From an uncultured Nitrospiraceae bacterium (GTDB taxonomy: Bacteria > Nitrospirota > Thermodesulfovibrionia > Thermodesulfovibrionales > Dissulfurispiraceae), in assembly GCA_963705105.1 (NCBI GenBank), contig CAVPIW010000007.1, forward strand, positions 224,001-288,000: a stretch of 64,000 nt of DNA, read 5' to 3'. The notes beneath the pieces are model-generated. The model was not told where the DNA came from, did not search any database, and worked only from the letters and a program-made list of their open reading frames with translations. This document shows, piece after piece, positions 51,576 through 61,223 of this stretch (positions within the stretch are counted from its first letter, which is position 1; every line of letters starts with the position of its first letter). Both the position numbers and the translations under genes were made by a program.

Positions 51576-52709
51576 TTATATGAGAATCGTCTTCGGAATG
51601 GAAAACCCGTTGAACTCGGAAGCGTATGAGATGGTATAGGCCCCGCTCGACAGTATCAGGATGCGGTTACCGACCTCGGGCTCCGGCAAAAGCACATCCC
51701 GGTCGATCACGTCGAAGCTGTCACAGCTCGGCCCAGCGATCGTCCACCGGACCGGTTCGCTCCTGCTCCCCACGACATATTGGTATTTGATGCCCCCGAT
51801 GCTTTCCATGAGCCCGTTGAAGACGCCGACATCGATATACAGCCAGTTCTCATCGCCCCTCCGGGCTTTCCCGATGACCGTCGACACGAATATGCCGGCA
51901 TCACCGACGACGGACCTGCCGGGCTCGATGTGGATCTCCACATCATCGGGAAATTTCTGCGACAGCGACTTGCTGATCTTCTGCTCTATGTTTTCGACGG
52001 ATGCCACATTCTTGCGGTATCTGATCGGGTAGCCTCCCCCTATATTGAGGATCTTCAGCTTGAGACCCGTCCTTTCAACCGCTTCCCACACCTCTTTTGC
52101 CTTGTCGATTGCGGTGCTCCAGTTGTATACATTGTTGCATTGAGACCCCACGTGGAAGGTAATTCCCAGGGGGGCCAGTCCCCTGTCGCCCGCCGCGAGA
52201 AGGAGTTCCGCGGCCTCATCGGTCTCGACGCCGAACTTCTTGCTGAGCGGCCATTCACTCCCCTCATTCGGAACGGAGAGCCGCACATAGACGCCTGCGC
52301 CGGGTGCGTAACGCGCCAGCTTCTCGACTTCGGCGGCAGAGTCGAAAGCATAGGATTTCATGCCGTACGCGACAGCCTGCTCGAGAAACCGGGGACTCTT
52401 GACGGGGTTGCTCGTAATGATCCTCTCCGGTGCGACGCCGAGGGAGGCGAGGATGTCGAGCTCACCCTCAGAGGCGATTTCGAATCCGACGCCGAGGGTA
52501 TTGAGGAAGTCCACAATGGCGGCATCGGGATGGGCCTTGACAGCGTAAAAGACCTTTGAGTTCCTGATCTTCTTCCCGATGAGCAACACCTTCCCCCGGA
52601 CAATGTCCCTGTCGATGAGGAGATAGGGAGGCGCCAGATCACTCGATGCGATGTAGTCGAGCACCTTATGCCACGTCGTTTTACTGATCGATTCGGGTGT
52701 AATATGCAT
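51576..52709 (-). CDS. Fold-type III PLP ornithine/lysine decarboxylase
   Basis: FYAVKA, KKFG, FHVGSQ, NIGGG, EPGR, GPSCDSFD, GAY. Confidence 0.92.
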   Translation of the reverse strand: MHITPESISKTTWHKVLDYIASSDLAPPYLLIDRDIVRGKVLLIGKKIRNSKVFYAVKAHPDAAIVDFLNTLGVGFEIASEGELDILASLGVAPERIITSNPVKSPRFLEQAVAYGMKSYAFDSAAEVEKLARYAPGAGVYVRLSVPNEGSEWPLSKKFGVETDEAAELLLAAGDRGLAPLGITFHVGSQCNNVYNWSTAIDKAKEVWEAVERTGLKLKILNIGGGYPIRYRKNVASVENIEQKISKSLSQKFPDDVEIHIEPGRSVVGDAGIFVSTVIGKARRGDENWLYIDVGVFNGLMESIGGIKYQYVVGSRSEPVRWTIAGPSCDSFDVIDRDVLLPEPEVGNRILILSSGAYTISYASEFNGFSIPKTILI

Positions 52710-52798
52710 ACGCTGCTCCGTTCAGACCCCTGTTTAGGGGCAAATTGGATAATAAAGGCTTTTCACTCACACTCACACTCACACTGTTTGAGGTTTAA

Positions 52799-52967
52799 CC
52801 CTGTAGTTGTATAAAAAGGCGGGGCGAAGCGCTCTGAAAAATAGTGACAGTGACAGTGTGAGTGTCAGCATATGCCCACCTTAATCTTATTATGTTACGG
52901 TGTCGCCGCATCAAGGTTTTCGGCGCATACGCCCCGCCTTTCCCGGAAGTGTATTGCAACGACAAGG
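52799..52967 (-). mobile_element. MITE family A (short type), TSD TTAA
   Basis: TTAA[CCCTGTAGTTGTATAAAAAGGCGGGG...GTATTGCAACGACAAGG]TTAA. Confidence 0.93.
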
Positions 52968-52991
52968 TTAATTATATATCAACGGGAGGCG

Positions 52992-53067
52992 CTCGTGCCC
53001 AAAGCGGCTTACAGCGTGACATTGAAAACGAGGTTGAGGCATGGTTTCTGAAGCAAAATTCACGGGC
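52992..53067 (+). repeat. Diverged family C repeat
   Basis: CAGCGTGACATTGAAAACGAGG...GGTTTCTGAAGCAAAATTCACGG similar to 20780-20855. Confidence 0.7.
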
Positions 53068-53138
53068 ACCTATCCTCGTGTCAGATCATCCTGGACATCA
53101 GGGAACGGGCGGGGGTCCGTAAAAGGCGGGACTGTGGC

Positions 53139-53178
53139 GTACCGGCGCCGCCGGACGACAAGCCTGCGGCGCCGGTAC
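53139..53178 (-). terminator. Perfect 13-bp hairpin downstream of NosL-like gene
   Basis: GTACCGGCGCCGC ... GCGGCGCCGGTAC. Confidence 0.55.
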
Positions 53179-53191
53179 AATTTGCCGATGA

Positions 53192-53710
53192 TTAGTGATG
53201 CTTGTGCTCGGAACCTTTCATTTTCATCATCTTTCTCTTCTCACGAATCATCTTCGAGTCTTCATACATATCCTCATAGGCAGCCTTGATCGCCTCGTCG
53301 AATGAGGAGATCTTTCCCCCGTTGTCCTTGACGAACTTCTCGGCGTCCTCTTTCTTCGCGAAGGCCCACTTGGCCCTTTTCGTCATCACGCCCATCTTGT
53401 TACCGCCGACGACCCAGACGGCCTTCTCGGCGTCGACGAGATCCTTCGTGTTGAAATCCGCGACCTTGATCTCCTTCGGATTCTTGTCGATGTTGAGGGC
53501 CAGATCAACTGCCGCGCAATGAAGACTGCAGAGGCCGACTTTCATGCCGTCATCATATTCGATGTACATACGGCTGTGCCCGAACTTTTCCCTGTCCATG
53601 CCGCAATACTTGCAGGACTGGATGCCTTCGACAGCCGCCTGTGCGACGGCGATGCCCAGGCAGAAGACCATCAGGAGAGCCGAAATCCCGAAAATTATCC
53701 TTTTATTCAT
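53192..53710 (-). CDS. NosL-family exported metal-binding protein
   Basis: Signal peptide, CKYCGM, CSLHC, VDAEKAVWVVG, GVM...AF; AAGGAGG RBS. Confidence 0.85.
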   Translation of the reverse strand: MNKRIIFGISALLMVFCLGIAVAQAAVEGIQSCKYCGMDREKFGHSRMYIEYDDGMKVGLCSLHCAAVDLALNIDKNPKEIKVADFNTKDLVDAEKAVWVVGGNKMGVMTKRAKWAFAKKEDAEKFVKDNGGKISSFDEAIKAAYEDMYEDSKMIREKRKMMKMKGSEHKHH

Positions 53711-53841
53711 GATTTCCTCCTTGTTTTTCTGACCGAAATAATGCGGACTGAACCATCGTTCCGCGATGCAAAGCACGGGAAAGATGGATTGCAGAAGGAC
53801 GACGCGGATGATGCACTCTCCGCCGGGTCACTTCCGCACCG

Positions 53842-54222
53842 CTAAGGATTTCTCAATGTGGTGTGACGGTTGTCGTCAGGCGGAGGCCTGTCGGGAGGGC
53901 TCCTGTATCCGCGCGCTTCCGAGTCGCTCAGAAAGACGCGCCTGTGAAACAATCCCGTGCTTCCGCCCAGCGATGCCGCAGGTTCGGAGAGAACCGGTTC
54001 GGCGGAAATTTTCTGATCGTCCTTGTCATAGCACGTGCAGAAGCTCACCGTTGCCGCGTGATTATGCGTGCGACCGCAGGCGCAGGCCGCTTTGCCGTTT
54101 CCGCAGCAGTGGCAGAGGACACCGGCGCTCTTGCACGCCGCAGGAGGGCTGTCAGCTCCAACGCCGCCCAGTGTCCAGATGTAAAACGCGATGAAGATCA
54201 GGATAAATCGCCGCTGGACCAT
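53842..54222 (-). CDS. Small Cys/His-rich exported protein
   Basis: N-terminal hydrophobic helix, CHCC..CAC..HNH..CTC, C-terminal PPDRPP. Confidence 0.5.
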   Translation of the reverse strand: MVQRRFILIFIAFYIWTLGGVGADSPPAACKSAGVLCHCCGNGKAACACGRTHNHAATVSFCTCYDKDDQKISAEPVLSEPAASLGGSTGLFHRRVFLSDSEARGYRSPPDRPPPDDNRHTTLRNP

Positions 54223-54355
54223 TTGGTTGTGTAAGTGTCCGTGTCAGTGGCCGTGAAAGGAAAACATTTCAAGTTCATGTCACGCAAAGTTCACTTACCG
54301 TCTCCACATGATAAAATATGACGCATGACAGAGGATTTGTCAATCTTTTCGGATT

Positions 54356-54483
54356 CGTAAAAAGTCGTCATACCCGCGAAAACGGGTATCCAGATTACAA
54401 TAAATGCATAAGAACCATGGATTTCCGTCTGCTCTGGAATGACAGGCGAGGGCTGCGTTGGGCAGTTTAGGAGGTCGTCAATC
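54356..54483. repeat. Palindromic GTCATxCCCGCG..CGGG.ATCCAG-type repeat within CGTAAAAAGT...GAGGTCGTCAAT ends
   Basis: GTCATACCCGCGAAAACGGGTATCCAG ... TGGATTTCCGTCTGCTCTGGAATGAC; resembles widespread RPE/dRS3-like palindromic elements. Confidence 0.65.
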
Positions 54484-54553
54484 TTCGTTCTTGGTTTCTG
54501 TGTCATTGTCGGTTCGAGAGGATCACAGGGTGAATCGTCACCGATTGCCCCGG

Positions 54554-55264
54554 TTAACGGGGCGTCGGGAATGTCTGCACATTCGAAGGTGCCGGCTGTC
54601 CGCCCGGCGGGGCGACAGGCATTGACCGGAACGGGATGACGAGGACCGTCGAGAATGCCCCTTTCTTCAAAGTCAGCCTCACCTTCTCCGGAATCGTCGT
54701 GTTATCGTCCCATTCTTCCACCCACTCACCTTCTTCCTCCGCGGGGGCTTTATAAAAGTACTCAAAAGACAGGATGTCGCAGCCTTCGAAAAGCGTCGTC
54801 GTCCTGTTCTCCTCGATCCCTATGGTGTTTTCCGAGAGGCGGAGGAAAAATTTACCGGCGCTGTCCGCCTCGACGTCATAAGAGACGGTGACGTATCCCC
54901 TCTGGCCCCCCCAGAGCGAATAATTGGAGGCAAACTGCATCGAGTTTTTTCCCCCCTGGAAAAAGTATTTCTGCTCGGCGTCCTCTTCATACGTCAGGGG
55001 CGCCTGTGACTGGATCTGTGCATCGATGACGGACAGGGAAGTCCTGAACCGTTCAAGGGCGTCGGCTTTTTGCTCGCCCGACTCGACGGAACGGGTGCTC
55101 AGCCGCAGGGCGCCGATGATGATGACGATGACAAGGGCGATGAGGGTTATGGAGAGGAGCAGTTCGAGAAGAGTGAACCCGCTGGACGGACCCCGCAGAG
55201 GGGCGGCCCGCAGGAGCAGCTGGAAACGACTCTGCCCGGCGCCGTGTATAGAACGTGTTTCCAT
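54554..55264 (-). CDS. gspJ: T2SS minor pseudopilin GspJ-like
   Basis: GFTLLELLLSI prepilin site; order H-I-J. Confidence 0.8.
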   Translation of the reverse strand: METRSIHGAGQSRFQLLLRAAPLRGPSSGFTLLELLLSITLIALVIVIIIGALRLSTRSVESGEQKADALERFRTSLSVIDAQIQSQAPLTYEEDAEQKYFFQGGKNSMQFASNYSLWGGQRGYVTVSYDVEADSAGKFFLRLSENTIGIEENRTTTLFEGCDILSFEYFYKAPAEEEGEWVEEWDDNTTIPEKVRLTLKKGAFSTVLVIPFRSMPVAPPGGQPAPSNVQTFPTPR

Positions 55265-55275
55265 CCCCCGGCTGC

Positions 55276-55668
55276 CTATATCTTTCGCTTGACGACCCTC
55301 ATGGTCCTCAGCGTGGTGCTTTTTTCCTGAAGCCCCTGAAGCCACCGGACGGTAAGGACGATCTCGTAGAGACGGACCTGGAGTCCTTCCGTCCGTTCTG
55401 CAAGGACTTCGGCAATGGAGACGTCCATCCTGTATCCCATTTCGTCGGTCTCGCTCCACGTCCTCTCCTCGATCTCCGACTCATCGAGGTCCAGGATCTC
55501 CCGCATCCACGACTCCGCCCTGACGACGCCGTTGACCTGTCCTTCCGACATCGAGAGGGCGCGCAGGTTGGCCGAGAAGAGCTGCATGATCACTGTCACG
55601 GCGATTCCGAGGAGTGACAGGGCGACGAGCACCTCGAGGAGGGTGAACCCGCTGTCCCGTGTTTTCAC
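55276..55668 (-). CDS. gspI: T2SS minor pseudopilin GspI-like
   Basis: GFTLLEVLVAL. Confidence 0.8.
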   Translation of the reverse strand: MKTRDSGFTLLEVLVALSLLGIAVTVIMQLFSANLRALSMSEGQVNGVVRAESWMREILDLDESEIEERTWSETDEMGYRMDVSIAEVLAERTEGLQVRLYEIVLTVRWLQGLQEKSTTLRTMRVVKRKI

Positions 55669-56126
55669 CGGACCGACTCCTTCGTCACGACGGACCCGAC
55701 GACGGGATCGAGTTCGATCTTGACGGACCGTTTCTCCGTCGAAAGTATGATCGTCCCGCCCTCCACGCCCCCGCCCGCCCTGAAAAGGATCCGGTGGGTT
55801 CCTTTCAGCACCTCGCCTTCGTAGGGATCGATCACCCTGAGCTGGACCGGCGGAGGGATGACCTTTGTCCCCTTTCCTTCGAGGGTATAGGAGCGGCCGT
55901 CGATATCGATCGTGATCGTCTGGTCTTCACCATGGAGCCGGGCGAGGGCCCGCGCGTGCTTGATCGTTGCGGCGACCTCCCTGGCGGTGCTGCTGAACTT
56001 GCCCGCCGAAAGGGTATTGACGAAAAAAACGGTGACGATGCCGAGAATGATTGCGATGAGCAGCATCACGATGATGAGCTCGAGGAGGGTGAAGCCCCTT
56101 TCGTTTCCCTGTCCTCCCGGCGGCAT
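55665..56126 (-). CDS. gspH: T2SS minor pseudopilin GspH-like
   Basis: GFTLLELIIVM, ARALA. Confidence 0.8.
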   Translation of the reverse strand: MPPGGQGNERGFTLLELIIVMLLIAIILGIVTVFFVNTLSAGKFSSTAREVAATIKHARALARLHGEDQTITIDIDGRSYTLEGKGTKVIPPPVQLRVIDPYEGEVLKGTHRILFRAGGGVEGGTIILSTEKRSVKIELDPVVGSVVTKESVR

Positions 56127-56127
56127 G

Positions 56128-57321
56128 TCAGAAGGGGATTTCGGTGATGCTGAAGATCGCCATGAGCATCGACAGCACGATGAACCCGATGACCAGCCCC
56201 ATTCCGAGGATCATCGCCGGCTCGAGAAAGCCCATAAATTTCTTGATCGACACCCTGAGGCTCCTCTCGTAGGTCGTCGCGACGGTAAGGAGCATCGCAT
56301 CGAGCTGACCCGTCTCCTCGCCGACCTTGATCATCGAGATGGCGAGGGGAGGGAAAATCTGTGCGTTCGAAAGGGGAACGGCAAGACCCTTGCCTTCCTT
56401 CGCTCCCTTGGCGACGGCATCGATGGCCGACGAGAGGACCGTGTTCGTTATGACGTCTTTCGAGTTGTTCAGGGCCTGGAGCAGGGGCACGCCGCTCCGT
56501 AGCAGTGTGCCGAGGGTCCTGCAGAAACGGGCCGTCTCGAGTTTCGTGATCAGTTCGCCCATGAGTTTCAGCTTCAGGGCGTCCCAGTGTCGCCGGCCGT
56601 TTTCGCTCCTGATGTATTTGCTGAAGATGACGGAAAACGCCGCGGCCGCTCCGAGGACGAGCCACCAGTATGTCTTCATCCCGTCGCTGAAGGACAGGAG
56701 CAGCTGCGTCGGAAGGGGAAGGGAACCGCCGATTTCGGCAAAGATGACGGAGAACTTCGGCAGGACGTAGGTGAGAAGGATGATAATCGAAAGCCCGCCG
56801 GTGAGCATGAGAATAACGGGGTAGATCATTGCCGACACGACATGGTCCTTCAGTTCCTTTGACGACTCCAGGAACTCGTTCAGCTTGTCGAGGACGACGT
56901 CGAGCACTCCCCCGGCTTCGCCGGCCCTCACCATGTTGACATAAAGGCGCGGGAACACTTTCGGGTATTTCTGGAGCGCCTCCGAAAAAGAGCTGCCCTC
57001 ACGGATCGATTTCAGCACGCCCTGAATGACGTCTTTCATCTCGGGACTCTCGGAGATTTCGGTGAGGATATTCAGGCCCCTGTCGAGGGGGAGGCCGGCG
57101 GTCAGGAGAGCGGAAAGCTCCGTCGTGAAGGTCAGGAGGTCTGCCTTCGAAGAGCGGAGACTGAAGCGCTTCCCGAGACTCTCCTTCGTTACGGCGATCT
57201 TGATCGGGATAACGCCGGTGTTCTTCAGCCGGTCAACGGCCCCGGGCTCATCGGCGGCCTCGATGAATCCCTCGATGACGGCGCCTTCCCGTGTCGTCGC
57301 CTTATAGGAAAATATGGGCAT
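56128..57321 (-). CDS. gspF: T2SS inner-membrane platform protein
   Basis: AGEAGGVL, SAMIYP, VGEETGQLD, LEP. Confidence 0.92.
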   Translation of the reverse strand: MPIFSYKATTREGAVIEGFIEAADEPGAVDRLKNTGVIPIKIAVTKESLGKRFSLRSSKADLLTFTTELSALLTAGLPLDRGLNILTEISESPEMKDVIQGVLKSIREGSSFSEALQKYPKVFPRLYVNMVRAGEAGGVLDVVLDKLNEFLESSKELKDHVVSAMIYPVILMLTGGLSIIILLTYVLPKFSVIFAEIGGSLPLPTQLLLSFSDGMKTYWWLVLGAAAAFSVIFSKYIRSENGRRHWDALKLKLMGELITKLETARFCRTLGTLLRSGVPLLQALNNSKDVITNTVLSSAIDAVAKGAKEGKGLAVPLSNAQIFPPLAISMIKVGEETGQLDAMLLTVATTYERSLRVSIKKFMGFLEPAMILGMGLVIGFIVLSMLMAIFSITEIPF

Positions 57322-58859
57322 TAAAACTCCTGGGTCACCCTGAGGACCTCGCTCAATGTCGTCACGCCCTGCCTGATCTTTTGTGCGCCGTCCTCGAGGA
57401 GCGTTCTCATCCCGCTTGCCCTGGCGGCCTGCCTGATCTCGTTCGAGTCTGCGTTGGTGAGGATCATTTTCCTCATGGCGTCTTCGACGACAAGGAGTTC
57501 ATAGATGCCCAGCCTTCCGAAATACCCGGTATGGGCGCAGGTCTCACAGCCCCTGCCGCGATGAACAGGCACGTCCTTCCCGATCCCAAGGGAAAGCAGC
57601 TCCTCCCTCCCCGGCGGGTCCGGATCCACTTCCTTGCAGGCAGGGTCGATGACCCTCACGAGTCTCTGCGCCAGAATGCCCCTGACGGTAGATGAGAGAA
57701 GGAAGTTCTCGACGCCCATGTCGAGGAGCCTCGTGATCGCGCTCGGCGCGTCGTTCGTATGAAGGGTCGAAAAGACGAGATGACCGGTCAGGGCGGACTG
57801 GATGGCGATCTCGGCCGTCTCGAGGTCCCTGATCTCGCCGATCATGATGATGTCCGGGTCCTGCCTGACGATGTGCCTGAGCGTATTCGCAAAGTTCAGA
57901 CCGATCTGGGGCTTCACCTGGATCTGGTTGACTCCCTTGAGCTGGTACTCGACGGGATCTTCAACGGTGATTATTTTTCTGTCCGGCGAGTTGATTTTGT
58001 CGAGGGCGCCGTAAAGGGTCGTCGTCTTGCCGCTCCCTGTCGGGCCGGTGACGAGGATGATGCCGTTCGGTTTGTTGATGAGGGTATTGAAAGAGGTCAG
58101 CGTGTCGGGCGGAAACCCGAGCAGCTCGAGGTCGATGACGATCCCTTCCTTCTTGAGGATACGCATGACCACGCTCTCTCCGAACAGGACGGGTATCGTG
58201 GAGACCCTGAGGTCGATCTCGCGCTCGGAGACTTTGAGCCTGATGCGGCCGTCCTGGGGGAGCCTCCGTTCGGCGATGTTCAGTTTCGCCATGAGCTTGA
58301 TCCTCGACACAATCGCCGCCTGGAGCTTCTTCGGTATGGGCTCGATATCGTGGAGCACGCCGTCTATGCGGTACCTGACCTTCAGTTCGTCCTCAAAGGG
58401 CTCTATGTGAATGTCACTGGCGCGACTCTCGACGGCACGGGATATGATGAGGTTGACGAGCTTGATGATCGGCGCCTCGGCGGCGAGATCCTTCAGGTGC
58501 CCGATGTCCTCTTCCTCTTCGCGGAGGAACTCGATGCCCCCGCCGATATCCTCGATGATCCTGTTCATGTTTTGGGAGTCCTGGCCGTAGAACCGCGCAA
58601 GGTATTCGTTCACTGCATGGGGATCGACAGCGAATACGACGACGTCGGCGGAGAGGGCGACCTGCAGGGCGTCGATCGTTTCCTTGTCCTCCGGATCGGC
58701 CATGGCGACCTTGAGGACATTGTTCTTGAATTCAATGGGGACGACGCGGTTTTCCTGGATAAACCGCGACGAGACACCGTTGAGAACAAGGGGGACTTTG
58801 GGGAGGTCTTCGCCCTTGATAAAGGGGATTTCCCCGACGGAAGCTTCTCTGTCAGCCAT
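57321..58859 (-). CDS. gspE: T2SS ATPase
   Basis: ASDIHIEP, GPTGSGKTTT, TVEDPVEY, RQDPDIIMIGEIRD, STLHTND. Confidence 0.94.
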   Translation of the reverse strand: MADREASVGEIPFIKGEDLPKVPLVLNGVSSRFIQENRVVPIEFKNNVLKVAMADPEDKETIDALQVALSADVVVFAVDPHAVNEYLARFYGQDSQNMNRIIEDIGGGIEFLREEEEDIGHLKDLAAEAPIIKLVNLIISRAVESRASDIHIEPFEDELKVRYRIDGVLHDIEPIPKKLQAAIVSRIKLMAKLNIAERRLPQDGRIRLKVSEREIDLRVSTIPVLFGESVVMRILKKEGIVIDLELLGFPPDTLTSFNTLINKPNGIILVTGPTGSGKTTTLYGALDKINSPDRKIITVEDPVEYQLKGVNQIQVKPQIGLNFANTLRHIVRQDPDIIMIGEIRDLETAEIAIQSALTGHLVFSTLHTNDAPSAITRLLDMGVENFLLSSTVRGILAQRLVRVIDPACKEVDPDPPGREELLSLGIGKDVPVHRGRGCETCAHTGYFGRLGIYELLVVEDAMRKMILTNADSNEIRQAARASGMRTLLEDGAQKIRQGVTTLSEVLRVTQEF

Positions 58860-58982
58860 TTTTCATTATACCACAAGAACAGGACCGCGACCCTTCATCC
58901 CGGCTCCCTCCGGTCTTCTGCATGAGCATCCTCATCACTCTCCCTGAAATGTGGTGACGCTGCCTGCTGCGAAAAAGATTAA

Positions 58983-59368
58983 CCTTTCGTTGCAATACAC
59001 TCCCGGGAAAGGCGGGGCTGGGGTGAATGCGCCGAAAACGAGCGACGCCGTGACAGTCATTAAGTCATTAGCCGGCAGTCAAGCGTCGGAACAAGGCCAC
59101 AAGCATTGGGACGGGGAGGCTGATGTGGTGAAAAGCCTTTCCTCTAAGATACCTTATTCATCACCAGACCACACTTTGCCGTGTCCATTGATACGAAAAG
59201 CCCGTCAGGCAACAGGCGCTGAACACCTTGAAATGTCTCATCATCGCATTGGAAAGGCTTTGAACCATATCTGCCTCCCCGGCGAAACAGCATTTAGAAT
59301 GAAATGATCATCGTCGCCTTCAGCAAGGCTTTGAGGCGCTTTGCCCCCCTTTTCATACAGCTCAAAGG
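58983..59368 (+). mobile_element. MITE family A ends enclosing a family B repeat
   Basis: TTAA[CCTTTCGTTGCAATACACTCCCGGG... (family B) ...TCGTCGCCTTCAGCAAGGCTTTGAGGCGC...CTCAAAGG]TTAC. Confidence 0.8.
59087..59302 (+). repeat. Family B dispersed repeat, copy 2 (uninterrupted)
   Basis: Collinear with 50238-50680 minus the MITE A insert. Confidence 0.88.
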
Positions 59369-59442
59369 TTACCTCTGCACGACGGTCGAGAAATCGAAAG
59401 AGGTGTACCTTTCACTGACACTCACACTGATACTGGGGTATA

Positions 59443-60399
59443 ATGACAGATATGTCCGGGTCTTCTTATTCCGTCAGCATCGTCATCCCCACGCTCAATG
59501 CCGAGCGGCACATCAGGAACCTCCTCGATTCGCTGCTGTCGCAGACCGTCCGTTCCGAGATCCTCGTCATCGACTCGTCGTCCGGGGACAGGACCGTTGA
59601 AATCGCGCAGTCCCTGCGGATCCGGACGGAGCTGATCGGGCGGGACGTCTTCGATCACGGCGGAACGAGAAACCTCGGAGTCGCCATGACATCGGGAGAC
59701 ATTGTCGTCTTCCTCACGCAGGACGTCGTTCCGGCCGGCAGGGACCTCATCGGGAATCTCGTTCAACCCTTTCAGGACGAGCGGATTGCCCTGAGTTACG
59801 GCCGGCAGGTAGCAAAAGCGGACGCCACACCGGTCGAGCGGTTCACGCGCTCCTTCAACTACCCCGGCGAGTCCCGTGTCAAGGGAAGAGCGGATGTGGA
59901 GAAACTCGGGATCAAGACGTTCTACTGTTCAAACGCCTGTTCAGCCGTACGGCGCCGCGCCTTCGACGAAGTCGGAGGGTTTCCGTCGCCCATCATCATG
60001 AATGAGGACATGATGATGGCGGCGAAACTCATAACCAGGGGGTACAGCATAGCCTATCAGTCATCGGCGGCGGTGTTTCATTCCCACAATTACTCGCTCC
60101 TGGAGCAGTGCCGCCGCTATTTCGACATCGGCGTTTCGCTGGACAGGAACAGGTGGGTCCTCGGGTATGCCAGGCCCGAGGGCGAGGGTCTCCGGTTCAT
60201 GCGCGAACAGGCCCGGTCCCTCCTTGGAACAGGTCAATGGTACTGGATACCATATGGCATCGCTGAAGGCATTGTAAAACTGCTCGGTTATCGATTAGGA
60301 TTGAATGAACGCCGGATACCACGCTGGATGACAATGGGCCTGACCATGCACCGCCATTATTGGAAAAACGGCGAGAGCCCGGAGCGCCCGGCCCGGTGA
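59443..60399 (+). CDS. GT2 glycosyltransferase (rhamnosyltransferase-like)
   Basis: VIPTLNA, IDSSSGD, FDHGGTRN, FLTQD, HSHNY. Confidence 0.9.
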   Translation: MTDMSGSSYSVSIVIPTLNAERHIRNLLDSLLSQTVRSEILVIDSSSGDRTVEIAQSLRIRTELIGRDVFDHGGTRNLGVAMTSGDIVVFLTQDVVPAGRDLIGNLVQPFQDERIALSYGRQVAKADATPVERFTRSFNYPGESRVKGRADVEKLGIKTFYCSNACSAVRRRAFDEVGGFPSPIIMNEDMMMAAKLITRGYSIAYQSSAAVFHSHNYSLLEQCRRYFDIGVSLDRNRWVLGYARPEGEGLRFMREQARSLLGTGQWYWIPYGIAEGIVKLLGYRLGLNERRIPRWMTMGLTMHRHYWKNGESPERPAR

Positions 60400-60444
60400 A
60401 AGGAATCGTGCGGAGGATCGTCCAAAAAGTGACTGAGGAGAGTC

Positions 60445-60990
60445 ATGCCGTTTAAATTTACGGAACTCGGACCTCCCGGTGTCATGCTCGTCGAGATCGT
60501 CGCCTTCGGCGACGACAGGGGTTTTTTCGCCGAGACCTACAAGATGAGCGATTTCGTGAAGGCGGGCATCGACCGGCCCTTTGTCCAGGACAACTATTCA
60601 CGGTCGGTAAAGGGCGTCCTCCGCGGGCTGCACTACCAGCTCGATCCTCAGGCGCAGGGAAAGCTCGTCAGGGCCGTCGAGGGTGAGATCTTCGATGTCG
60701 CCGTCGACATCCGGAAGGACTCACCGACATTCAGGAAGTGGATCGGCGTCGTCCTGTCCGGCCCGATGAAGAACATGCTCTGGATACCGGAGGGGTTCGC
60801 CCACGGCTTTGTCGTCCTGTCGGATCAGGCCGACGTCATGTACAAGACGACGGCCGAGTATGCCCCGTCGCTCGACCGGGGGATCATCTGGAATGACGCC
60901 GACATCGGGATCGAATGGCCGCTCGTCGATCCGACCCTCTCCCCCAAAGACGCAAAACTCCCCCCGCTATCAGAAGCCGAGATTTTCTGA
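60445..60990 (+). CDS. rfbC: dTDP-4-dehydrorhamnose 3,5-epimerase
   Basis: DDRGFF, GVLRGLHYQ, QGKLVR, GFAHGF. Confidence 0.97.
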   Translation: MPFKFTELGPPGVMLVEIVAFGDDRGFFAETYKMSDFVKAGIDRPFVQDNYSRSVKGVLRGLHYQLDPQAQGKLVRAVEGEIFDVAVDIRKDSPTFRKWIGVVLSGPMKNMLWIPEGFAHGFVVLSDQADVMYKTTAEYAPSLDRGIIWNDADIGIEWPLVDPTLSPKDAKLPPLSEAEIF

Positions 60991-61006
60991 CCGGCACCAT
61001 ACTTTA

Positions 61007-61219
61007 CCTTAACGTTGCAATGGGACCTCCGGAAAGGCGGAGCGTATGCGCCGACAAGCCTCGGTGCTGCGAAACCTTTGCCTTCCCATACAGATCATGT
61101 CAGACAGATGGTGGATGACACGAACGATGAATTCCCGATACACCAATAATAAACGATCATTCTCGCTATCAGCGAGGCATTGAGGCGCGTCGTCCCGCCT
61201 TTTCATTGCAACTGGAAGG
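61007..61219 (+). mobile_element. MITE family A (left type 2, long), TSD TTTA
   Basis: TTTA[CCTTAACGTTGCAA...TTGCAACTGGAAGG]TTTA. Confidence 0.93.
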
Positions 61220-61223
61220 TTTA

